Shown in pieces: positions 1-11,078 of a stretch of 64,000 nucleotides of DNA; the stretch's first letter is position 1; each line of letters starts with the position of its first letter. Made by a program: the position numbers and the translations under genes. The stretch is taken from NCBI RefSeq assembly GCF_039654945.1, contig NW_027361825.1, positions 29,698,001 through 29,762,000 on the forward strand. Direction: 5' to 3'. This DNA comes from Dendrobates tinctorius. Its lineage: Eukaryota. A model generated the notes under the pieces. It searched no databases. It worked only from the letters and a program-made list of their open reading frames with translations, and was not told the origin of the DNA.

Positions 1-229
1 TATTGATATTTAAAGTGTGGCTCACTCCTCTGTGAAGGAAATGGGCTTGGGTAGTGTGCTTACCACTTTATATTTATGCAGTGGAAAGTTTATTATGCAT
101 AATCTCCCTGTTTTTTTCTCAACAAAACTTTTTTTGCACGCTAATAGACTTGTATTGTTGTTATTCAGCTTTTTTAGCATTAAAGTTGCTTCTCTATTCT
201 GATTGACTACTAGAGGTCAGTAATTTACG

Positions 230-2055
230 TGGTGACTTCAATGGCACAGACACTTCTGCACTTTCCTCAGTTTTAACACGTTTTTATATAATTTTTAAAA
301 AAGATTGTATAATTACTATTTGGGCATTGTTGTGTCTCACTTTTTTGTTTTCCATTTTTTGTGGATTGAGTTCAAGCTCTAGTTGGGAACATTTTACATA
401 ACATTTGGGACCACATTTATCCTGCTCTCTATGCTGAGCACTTGTATTAGGGATTTAATCTTTATCTCCAAGTAAAATGATTCAGAAAAAAACCGTGAGG
501 GATCCATTCACTATAATGAGGCAGCAGAGTTACTTTGAAATCTGTCTGGCCTGTGTTCAACGGTGTACTTTTTTGGCGCACAAAACTGTAGTTTACAGTG
601 CTTTTATGCACACTTAAAAAGATAGACATTACCGGATCATGAAACAGACGGCATCCCCATCTGAATCATTATAGGGTTCAGTCGGAATCACATATTTCAT
701 AGATTTACATTAAAACCCCGTTGTTAGTGCTCAGTGCAGAGCGCAAGATAACTGTGCGCTGAGCCTTACTGCAATCTTTGTGAGGAGGAATGAACAAATC
801 AACAGCATGTAAAGAATTGGTTTTATTTAATTTTTTATGCCATTCCTGGTGCAGTAGAAGAGATTAGGTGACATTATTCTTCGGGTCAGTGTGATTACAG
901 CGATAATGGATTTATACTGTTTTTTATGTTTGGCTTGCCATACTCTGAATGTTATAATTTTTTTATATTTCTCCCAACAGAGTCATGTGAGGGCTTGTCT
1001 TTTGTGGGAAGAATTTACATTTTTGGTCACAACGTTTTTGATCACTATCAATTCCGATTTTTGGAAGACAAAATGAACGAAAAGCAGCAATTCAAATTGT
1101 TTTTTTATATATATCATTCACTATATGGTAAAATTGATAAAGCAGCTTTATTCTTTGGGTCAATATTATTACAGCGATTCCTCAGTTATATCATTTTTTA
1201 ATGTTTTGGTGCTTTTAGACAATAAAAACTATTTTCTGCAAAAAAAGAATTGATTCTGCATCACTTTATTCTGAGAGCGATAACTTTTTTTATATCTTCA
1301 TGGAAGGAGCTGTATTGAGGGACAAGATGAAGTTTTCAGCTATATCATTTTTATTTAGATTTGTCTTTTCGATTGCATTTTTTTCCATTCATTTTTTGTT
1401 TGGCATTATGATGAAAAAGCATGTTTCTTTTGTTTGTTTTTACGGTGTCCAATTAAGGAATTAACAAATGTGACAGTTTTATAGGTCACGCCATTCCAGT
1501 TGCGGTGATACCAAATATGTGTACGTTCTTTTATTTATTTTTTTTAAATAAATAAATATATTTATTGGATTAATTTTTTTCATCTTTTTTGCTCGTTACT
1601 TTTTGATTTTTCTTTATATTTTTACAACTATTTATAATTTGTTTTTTAATTTTTTTTAACTTGTCCCAAGATAGGACATCTACTTTTCCTGCCATAATCA
1701 CTGATCTAATATTCTACAATGCTTTTGCATGCAGTGCAGTAGATCAGCATCTTGCAGGCAGTAAAGAGATGAGTCAGCTCCTGCTCTGAGCAGGAGCATA
1801 CAGGCTACCGTTCCTGTGTGACTCTGCCACCATCTTTTGGCTTGGGGTCACCATGGAGACCATTCACACAACACGATCGCAATTGCTTTGTGGTGATGGG
1901 AGCAGAAAGGGAGCTCCCTCTGCAATGCCCACTGAGGGGGGCATTGCTGCAGGGGGGCTAATTGGTGTGGGCACGCGCCGTCATCATGCTGTATATTTAT
2001 GGAGGTAACGCAGCTCAAGCAATGCCGTACATATATGGCGCATGTCATGAAGGGG
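230..2055. mobile_element. Degenerate AT-rich non-autonomous DNA transposon with a TTAA end (piggyBac-like); left boundary uncertain
   Basis: Ends ...CATGAAGGGG|TTAA at 2055; no coding signal; contains a small inverted-repeat element at ~410-765. Confidence 0.4.
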
Positions 2056-2902
2056 TTAAATTACCTGTTGGCTATGTGTGTTTGATATCATCACCTTCTA
2101 CTTTCTTTCAATTGTACTGTATATGTCCAATACGTAACATGACCAAAAGGGTACAACCTGGTCAGTAGTGACAGTGACATAGCAAGCTAGCCTGTGTGTA
2201 TGACATACAAAATACAGTGTGTGCGGGTGTGTGTGTGTAGATGGCTGTAAGATAGTATGTGAAGCCTATAGTGTGTAGCATGATGTGTTTATGTGTATAA
2301 CGTAAAGTATGTGTTTGTGTGCATGTAACAAGGTGTTTGTGTGTGTATATGTAAGCATGGATTGTGTGTGTAACATTAAATGTGATTGTGGAATATTAAG
2401 AATTCAGTAGCCTCTTTCATCAGAGAGGAAGATGAATTGAATTCTTGTGCCACCTATTGAAATCAGCAATTCTAAAATTAAACACTGATCCTTATCGAGC
2501 CTTGCCACATGATTTAGGATAAGAAGCCAAACCATGGAATCTATTTGTACGCATGTATTTCGTGGCATGTGCCCCTCCTCAGGGCAAAGCAGGAGATTTG
2601 ATTTTGTTTAATGAGAGGTCTCTGATCTAAAGGGAGTTTCTCCTTGTGGAGGGTGCCAAGCTGGCATACATATAATTATAGATCATAAATGCTCCTTTGG
2701 GATTAAATATGCAATGGAGTAGGGAGCAAATAGTGTGTGTAGCATTGAGTGTGTGGAACCTCTCTACTTAGCTCCTTTTTTCATGCGTAGTGTGAACCTG
2801 CTTAGGGTCCCCTGTTTTCACAGACATTACGGAAGTTAAAATATACTGTACCTGGTTTTAGCTGGAGTCAACCCATTTTAGCCATTGTCACTTAGCAATA
2901 TA

Positions 2903-4335
2903 CAATTGTCTCTGAAAGTTTGCAAACCCCTTAAAATGTTTCCATAAATTCTTACATTGGCCTCAAACTACATTAGCTTTCAAATATATTCTAAAAGTAG
3001 ATAAAGGGAAGCAAATAGAACAAATGGGTCAAATTATTAGACTTTATAATTTTTAAAGTAATGAAAAATATCCGATATCATGTATGTGAGCGTCAAAACT
3101 ATTTGAATATTTAGTATTAGCAGATACTGTGAAAATGAAGTAAGAGATTGATGTTTTCAATCAATAGGATGAAAATCATGTGTGAGTGGGTGACCTCTTA
3201 TATTTAAAGAGGACCAACCAATAAGTCAAAAGCGGGACATATTTGATCTTATTTAAATCCCACTGCTCCCCTGAAAATGTGTATTTTTGGTTTTTTTTAA
3301 GTCCACCATATAGTTCAAGAGACATGGAAAGTATGGGTAGTGGTGCTCACATGCTAATAATGTAGAGCAACCTACCCCCCCCAGAGAATCCTGTAAGCAA
3401 CGCCCCCTTGTAAAGAGCATACAAATTAGTACTAAACATAAGTGCACATATTTATAGAACCATATGGAATATTTAAAATATAATGTGAAATACTTATGGG
3501 AGAAGCGGTAATTAAAAAAAAGAGTAAAATTGCCCACTTTTGGCCTCGTGACAGGTTCTCTTAAAAGAACAGGTACCTTTCAAAGTCTAGTCTTCACAAT
3601 ATATGTTTGTGAGAGTGTATAATGGCATGAACAAATGAGGTATCTGAGGTCCTGAGAACAAACATGGGCATAATCATCATGCAGGAAAATGTTACAAAAC
3701 CTTACCTAAAGAATTTGGACCCCACCAATCCAAGTCAGACACATTCTGTACAAATAGAGTAAATTCAAGAGTAAATTACAATACCCAGAGGAGGTCAACC
3801 AACAAAGATAACTTCAAGAACGCTGTGTATGATAGTCTGCAGGGTCACAAAGGAACCCAAGATAACATCTAAGCAACTAAAGACCTCTCTCACATGAACT
3901 AATTTTATTAATGCTCATGAGTCCACCATCAGGAGGACCTTGAAAAACAATGGTGGACATGGAAGGATTGTAAAGAGAAAGCTGCTGTTATCCAAAAAGA
4001 CCATTTCTGCCTGTCTGCAGTTTGATAAAGATCACTTGGACAAGTCAGAAGGGTATTAGTGCAATGTTGACATGAAATAAAGGTTTCTCCTCTAAATGAG
4101 AGGCATTATGTTTGGAGAAAGAAAAATACTATATTACATTATATATACTCCATACAATCTGTAAAACATGGTGGTGGTAGATTGGGCCTGTTTTGCTGCA
4201 TCTCAGCTAGGGCAGCTTGACACCAATGATAACACAGTGAAATCTGAATTACACCAGCAAATTGCAATGGAAAATGTCAGAATATTTTCCCATGAGCTCA
4301 CACTCAAGAGAATACCTCATACTGCAAGAAAACTA
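2903..4335 (+). mobile_element. Degenerate Tc1-like remnant (part of the repeat unit), with a TTAA-bounded MITE nested at ~3205-3563
   Basis: Starts TA-CAATTGTCTCTGAAAGTTTG; decayed transposase remnants KHGGG..WACFAAS. Confidence 0.7.
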
Positions 4336-4449
4336 TATACAGTAGCTCTGCTTTCTTAGAGTTGCTGAATATGTTTTGTCAAATATGTGGGTCTGTGGTA
4401 CCTAATGTTCATATTGTGTACATGATGCTCACTTTTTATGTTTTTCTTA

Positions 4450-6066
4450 CACTACCATTCAAATGTTTGGGGTAACCCAGACAATTCTGTGTTGTCCATG
4501 AAAACTAATACTTTTATTAATCAAATGAGTTGCCAAATTAATTTAAAATCTAGTCCAGACATTGACAAGGTTCAAAAAAAAATTTATATTTGAAATAATA
4601 ATTTTCTCCTTCAAATTTTGCTTTCGTCAAAGAATTCTCCCTTTGCAGCAATTACAGCATTGCAGTCCTTTGGCATTCCAGCAGTTAATTTGCCGAGGTA
4701 ATGTGGAGAAATTTCACCCCATGCTTCAAGAAGCCCCTCCCACAAGTTGGTTTGGCTTGATGGGCACATTTTGCTTACCATACTGTCAAGCTGCTCCCAC
4801 AACAGCTCAATGGGGATGAGATCTGGTGATGGCGCTGCCCACTCCATTACAGATAGAATACCAGCTGCCTGATTATTACCTATATAGTTCTTGCATAATT
4901 TGGAGGTGTGCTTTGGGTCATTGTCCTGTTGTAGAATGAAATTTGCTCCCATCAAGCGCTGTCCACAGGGTGTGGCATGGCATTTCAAAATGGAGTGATA
5001 GCCTTCCTTATTCAAAATCCCTTTTACCTTGTACAAATCTCCCACTTTACCAGCACCAAAGCAACCCCAGACCATCACATTATCTTCACCATGCTTGACA
5101 GATGGCGTTAGGCACTCTTCCAGCATCTTTCAGTTGTTCTGCATCTCACAAATGTTTTTCTGTGTGGTCCAAACACCTCAAACTTGGATTCGTCTGTCCA
5201 TAACAGATTTTTCCAATCTTCCTCTGTCCAATGTCTGTGTTCTTTTGCCCATATTAATCTTTTCCTTTTATTAGCCTGTCTCAGAAAAGGCTTTTTCTTT
5301 GCCACTCTGCCCTGAAGGCCAGCATCCCGGAGTCGCCTCTTCACTGTAGAAGTTGACACTGGCATTTTTTTTGTGTACTATTTAATGAAGCTGTCAGTTG
5401 AGGAACTGTGAGGCATCGATTTCTCAAACTGCAGACTCTAATGTACTTGTCTTGTTGCTCAGTTGTGCAGCGGAACCTCACACTTCTCTTTCTACTCTGG
5501 TTAGAGCCTGTTTGTGTTCCCATCTGAAGGTAGTAGTACACATCGTTGTAGGAAATCTTCAGTTTCTTTGCAATTTCTCGCATGGAATAGCCTTCATTTC
5601 AAAGAACAAGATAAGACTGTTGAGTTTCACATGAAAGTCCTTTTTTTCTGGCTATTTTGAGAGTTTAATGGAACCAACAAATGTAATGCTCCAGATTCTC
5701 AACTAGCTCAAAGGGAGGTCAGGTTTATAGCTTCTCTAATCAGCCAAACTGTTTTCAGCTGTGCTAACATACTTGCACAAGGGATTTCAAGTGTATTCTA
5801 ACTATCCATTAACCTTCTTACACAGTTAGCAAACACAAAGTACCATAAGAACACTGGAGTAATGGTTGTTGGAAATGGGCCTCTATACACCTATGAATAT
5901 ATTGCATTGCAAACCAGACGTTTGCAGCTAGAATAGTCATTTACCACATTAAAAATGTATAGAGTATATTTCTGAATCATTTAGTGTTAGCTTCTTTGGA
6001 AAAAGTGTGCTTTTCTTTCTAAAATAAGGAGATTTCTAAGTGACCCTAAACTTTTCAATGCTATTG
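4450..6066 (-). mobile_element. Full-length frameshifted Tc1 (DD34E) transposon, unit 1 only
   Basis: TA duplication and imperfect TIRs; ORF pieces 5583-5341, 5365-5108, 5126-4611 with HTH (REIAKKLKIS), WTDESKF, QQDNDPKH and SPDLIPIELLW. The empty site TTCTTATATCTCT is present in units 2-4. Confidence 0.93.
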
Positions 6067-6199
6067 TATATCTCTAGTTATTTCTGAGTGGGGTTGTATA
6101 TAAATCAACATGCACTTTTTAACAAGTTGTCAAACAAAGCTTAACTTTTTGAGAACAGTATAATACATGAACTCAAACTTTTTTACATAAAAATATAAT

Positions 6200-6300
6200 T
6201 TTATTCAGCAGAAAATTAAAATAGAAATAAATACAATAACTTAAATTAATAATTATATATGTAATAAAATAAATATTAATAAATATATATTTCAAATTCT
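6200..6300 (-). promoter_or_regulatory. AU-rich 3'UTR block and AATAAA of A1 (repeated in the other A copies)
   Basis: Several ATTTA motifs on the minus strand followed by AATAAA at 6205-6200; typical of unstable cytokine mRNAs. Confidence 0.6.
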
Positions 6301-6577
6301 AAAAACATTTCTATAGTATCCATATTTAAGAAAGTTCATAGAGGGATATTCTTCTTGATTCTGAGGTTGTATTTTGAAGCTCCTCGACAGGTGACTGAAA
6401 ATCCACTTGTAGTGTGAACTTATTGGTTGCATCATGTATTTTCTTTACCAGTTCTTCACAATGATCATTAATCATTGGAGAAAGGGAAGGGAATTATTGA
6501 TGATTTGCATAGGACATGTTTCACTATTTGAAGAACATATTGTAGATTTATGTTTTTCATTTGAAGCTTCTTTGTAG

Positions 6578-8256
6578 TTACTTCCCAAGAGCCCAGCACC
6601 CAATATCTTCCACGACTAATGGGATGAGACTGTGTAACACAGCCTCCTGGAGACATTGTCGAGATGCCTACAAAATAATATGTAATGTGATTAACATGCA
6701 TGTTGAGAATTCACCAGTAACAAAAAATATTGTCTTCCTGTTATCTCCTCTGTCTGCCTTCTAAGGGTTTATTCTTCCTTTTTGTCTTGTCTATGTAGAA
6801 CAGATTATTGTAAAAATGATCCTCTCTAGACATGAGCAGGACCTCATTGACTGTTTATGTACAGGGTCACTTATCTACTCCAGTATGGAGGACAGGATCA
6901 CACATCTACTTGTTACCAAAAGAAACTTACCTCTTCCATAAAGTGGTGGAGATGGTGAAGCCATGGCTTCAGATTCTCGGAAGGTGTTTTACTGTGTCCT
7001 GGTGATTCTCTCTGAATACAAGATATACAAGATGGTTATAAGTTATGGGTATTTGCACAAAAAACATAAAAGCATGAACTACGAAAATAACAAAGATAAA
7101 GAGGGGACCATATGGACTTACACAGAGCAGAAGATCATCTCTGATTGTGAGGAACATCCCGAGTGACTGTGATGCCAGGTCGGGTACAGCAGATGTGGAC
7201 AGATTTGCAAGAACTTCTGTAGTTATTGTAACTTGCTCCAAGGTCAGAATCAGACGATCACTGGCCTGAAGAAAGAAATAAGAAAAATATGTGTCTAAGA
7301 ATGGTTCCTCAAGTATATTAGGATGTAAGAACATTTTATTTCACAGAACATTTATGAAAGAAAGGGGTGTACAGTACAATAGAAGATAATGCCAGATATG
7401 TACTTACCATTAGGTCACATACAGATGGCTTGTGTCTCACCATTCTTCTATAGCATTTGATTGCACTGTTTGACATGTTCTTCTCCTGTGGACAGATTGA
7501 GCAGAATTTGTTGAAGCTTTACATAATATTAAGTACACTGAATTTAAATAAAGTCATCCAGAATATCTTTCTATGTAGTGTGACTATTAAACAGAAGTCA
7601 GGAACCCACCCCATCATAAATGCTTTTTCTCATCATGGACTAGACCAATGACAGTACCAATTACTTAATTTACCTACCCTACCACAATATTAAAAACCTT
7701 CATATATTATAAATTCTTAATTGAAAAGAGGAGATCAATTTCTTTACAGATTTGTATTGCAAGGTGCTTTCACATTGCCTCTGTCTTCACAATCAACAGT
7801 CCCATTAGGGCTTGTATCCGACCTCCACTGAAAAACGGGATTCAACTGAAGACTAAAATGGTGTCGGAAGAGCGAATATGAGCTCTATAGTGCATAATTT
7901 TTGGACGTATACACCTAATGGAGGTGGATACTCAGACATAGTAGACTGTGTCTGGGTGTCCTCTGCTCGTTTTGAGGAGGGATTCAAACGCATGCCCCAA
8001 TGGGACCCATGATCATGAAGATAAGCACAAAGTGAAAGCAACCTTAGTTTCTGACTTCTGACTCTATAGATGTAAAACTAGAAAAAAAATAATATAAAAC
8101 AATTTCCCTCCCTACATGTTCATTCTGCAGTTGCTTGATGACCCTGATGTCAGCAGAAGATACTGATTGATGTCTTGCCATGGGGCAGCGTCTCTTGTGT
8201 GGATGTCCGGTCACTGCTACAAGAACAATGCTGAAGATCACCAATCTGATGTCCAT
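6578..8256 (-). CDS. ifnl: Type III interferon (IFN-lambda), copy A1, intact, 177 aa
   Basis: Exons 8256-8116, 7485-7408, 7265-7122, 7011-6931, 6667-6578, all GT-AG and phase 0. Product: MDIRLVIFSIVLVAVTG-HPHKRRCPMARHQSVSSADIRVIKQLQNEH/EKNMSNSAIKCYRRMVRHKPSVCDLM/ASDRLILTLEQVTITTEVLANLSTSAVPDLASQSLGMFLTIRDDLLLC/RESPGHSKTPSENLKPWLHHLHHFMEE/ASRQCLQEAVLHSLIPLVVEDIGCWALGK*. The signal peptide, the WLHHL motif and the SxxCLxxxVxxxLxxLxxxDxxCxA motif match IFN-lambda helices E/F. Confidence 0.93.
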
Positions 8257-9044
8257 GGCTAGAGTATTTGTGGGGACGTGGAGAATTTATTCTCTTTCTA
8301 TGATTCTGTGTATATAATAATAAAACATAGAACATGATTCTTGCACATAAACTCATCATGCAAATGTCCAAGGTGTTGCTCTACTACATGTACGAAAAAA
8401 GAAAAGACAACACTTAAAGATATGTACATATCATGTAATATATTCCCCTGACGAAGCTGTGCGCGACTTAGCGATACGCATGGGGCCCTCTTTTGCATCC
8501 CTCATGATTGATACAGCACCCCTCCTGGGCTTTTGTATATGTGCCAGCAGGTATACTGTCGTGGGGTCCTACTCTGGTATGACACAATCAGCAGAGCGAG
8601 AGATGAGTGAACAGTCCCAAAAGCCTTTATTACATGCAAACCGAAAGGTCCATAAAACAAACCACAACACAGTGGATAAAATAGTCTAGGAGTAGAGATA
8701 GGGTCTAGTAATGGGATAAATGCCCCAGGGAATGAGAGTCACAATCCTCCTCTTAGAGATCGATATGACTCCAGATATTCTCCGTATAGGCTCCTCTAGC
8801 AGTATTTCTAGGGCAATCCAGGATTCTCCAAGTCTCTCTGGGGTGCTGGTCGTAGCCTCAGCACCCCACATAGAATCTATCTTGCTTGTCTCTCCCCTCA
8901 GAAGGAGAGAAAAATTATCTTTAAATTCTGTTTCAGGTCATCCTCCACATGTCAGGGGGAGGTGGCAGGGGCTCATCTCACATTGTTTGAGAAGTTAATC
9001 AATATACATAGTTTGTCCTTGCTCTGCAGGCCAACAATCCATAG

Positions 9045-9455
9045 ATACAGTCCCTTGTAACAGTAAGAAATGCAAAACCTGCACCCACATATCACCAACA
9101 GATAAAGTCTCCATACTCAACACAAATCAGGACTATAAGATCATGGACTCTTTTTCATGCACATCCTCCAATGTAGTGTACATGATACAGTGTACAAGGT
9201 GCAATACAGGGACATACATCGGGGAAACTAAGCAAAAACTACAAACAAGGATGAATCTGCATGGACACACTAATAAAAATGAGCTGGACACACCTCTAGG
9301 GATACACTTCTCTAGACCTGGACACAGCTTGGCAGATCTAAAAGTCCTAATATTGAAAGGTCATTTTAATAGTGACAGAGAAAGAAAAATCTGGGAGTTC
9401 AAATTTATAATTATGTTTCAATCTCTAACCATAGGACTCAATTTCACACCTGAAT
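9045..9455 (+). mobile_element. Penelope GIY-YIG endonuclease fragment, unit 1 only
   Basis: PCNSKKCKTC followed by FSCTSSNVVYMIQCTRC..YIGETKQKLQTRMNLH..HF..GLN; replaces a ~300-bp segment present in units 2-4. Confidence 0.85.
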
Positions 9456-10429
9456 GATATCCCACACAACAAATCACAACATCACATAAACTTGATCCTC
9501 CTTCACTATATGCTTTAACATCGTGCTTCCATGCCATCTCTCTCTTTACTCTGAGACTCATACCATGGGCTTCTCTATCTTTGTTCTCTAAAGCCATTTT
9601 GCTTTAGCTGTTTTGTCATAATGCTTTCATATATACTTATCTCTGTCAGCTTATATTACAACATGTACTTTATTGGTGTATACTTGATATGGTCCTCATG
9701 TGGTCCTCGTATATCATCTCCCGGACAAATTAAATAGATGGCACCATACATTGGAGGAATTCACTGATTTTTGATATTCCCTTGAGTATTACCCTTCGGA
9801 TTGTACCTTTCTTCTCCATTGGGGGGGATTTATATGCACACATATGGACCTTTTTCCACATATGTAGTCTAGATGCATATGGTATACATTTCATTAGAAA
9901 AATGTACTGGTATTACAGAAATATATATTCTTCGGAACCATCATTGGGGTTCCGGTTGCCATATTTGTCCTATTGGCTGGATAAATCTACCTTCAAATAG
10001 TGATTGATGTGCAATGCTGCATACTGAACTGGCGTATTATTGCCTGGAGTTTGCTTATAGTGTACTGATGGTTTTAAATGTCTTTTAGTTCTCAATAGAC
10101 TTTTTTTTATACTAGATGATATTTAGGTATGCATATCTTCATGTGCTGTGTTTTCCTTTTCTATTATTGCCATTTCCTCTCTCCACATGGTATAGCACCC
10201 TTTTGCTATCTGTTACTTGACTAGTGGTGCATCCTCTCCCCTCCTCCATGCTGTTCTGCATATACACCAAATAAAAGATGCTCACCTGTCCGGTTGACTT
10301 GCGTCTCTCTGGTGCTCTCAGCTCTGTTTCTGGTCTTCCCATGTTTATTCTTTTATATTTCATTCTCATGGAGAAATTTTCTTTCTACGTTCTGAATTGA
10401 ATTGACATGAGAAAAGTGTCTACAGCTGT

Positions 10430-10763
10430 GGGAAAATCTATCAACTTTCAGTTTCCATAGTATGTAGGTAGGAATGTAACGTCAGGTAACTGGGAGGAGA
10501 CTCTTCCACTACTACAGGTGACTGGAGGAATCCCTGCTATATACAGAGATATTACATATAACAGCATGAGGAAGTTACTGAGTGATGGGAGGATAGATGA
10601 CATAAACAGTCGAATAATCTGTTTTACATTGTTAAACGTAATATCTTTGCATACAACAGGGATTCCTCCAGTCACCTGTAGTAGTGGAGAAGTCTCCTCC
10701 CACTTACCTGACGTTATCTTCCTTGCTACATACCAAGGAAACTGAAAGTTGTAAGGATTTCCC
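10430..10763. promoter_or_regulatory. Palindromic candidate bidirectional enhancer with mirrored kB, IRF/ISRE and CRE-like sites (unit 1)
   Basis: GGGAAAATCT 10430-10439, ACTTTCAGTTTCC 10444-10456 and TAACGTCA in the left arm; mirrored TGACGTTA, GGAAACTGAAAGT 10737-10749 and AGGATTTCCC 10754-10763 in the right arm. Arms ~135 bp. TATA-like TATAAAA ~10945 and TATATAAAA ~10984 lie upstream of B1. Function is inferred. Confidence 0.75.
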
Positions 10764-11078
10764 ATGACTTCTGTCACTTGAATTCTAATCGCAGAGCGAA
10801 GTTTTCTCCACATCCTGAAAATGAAGAAATTTCTCTCCTGCAGATTGAAGCATAGAAGGAGAAACATGGAGAGACAAAAGTCAGAGCTCAATGCAGCAGG
10901 TAGACGCCGCTCAAACGGGCAGGTGAGCTTTTTCTGGATGCTTGTATAAAATATTAGTGCTGTGGACGTCTACATGATAAGTTTATATAAAATAATAATG
11001 TTCTATGCATGTATATATCTTACACACAGATCCTTTGGAAGATCAGAAAGTCTCCAGATCAGCCCACATACTCCAGCC

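Noticed and set aside
6578-8256. Type I interferon or IL-10 family identity
   Set aside because: These share the 5-exon phase-0 layout, but there is no CAWE motif and no KAxxExD motif; the exon 4-5 motifs match IFN-lambda.
10448-10891. Self-similar ORFs on both strands (GIPPVTCSSG / LLQVTGGIP)
   Set aside because: A by-product of the DNA palindrome; no protein family signal, and ORF ends vary between units.
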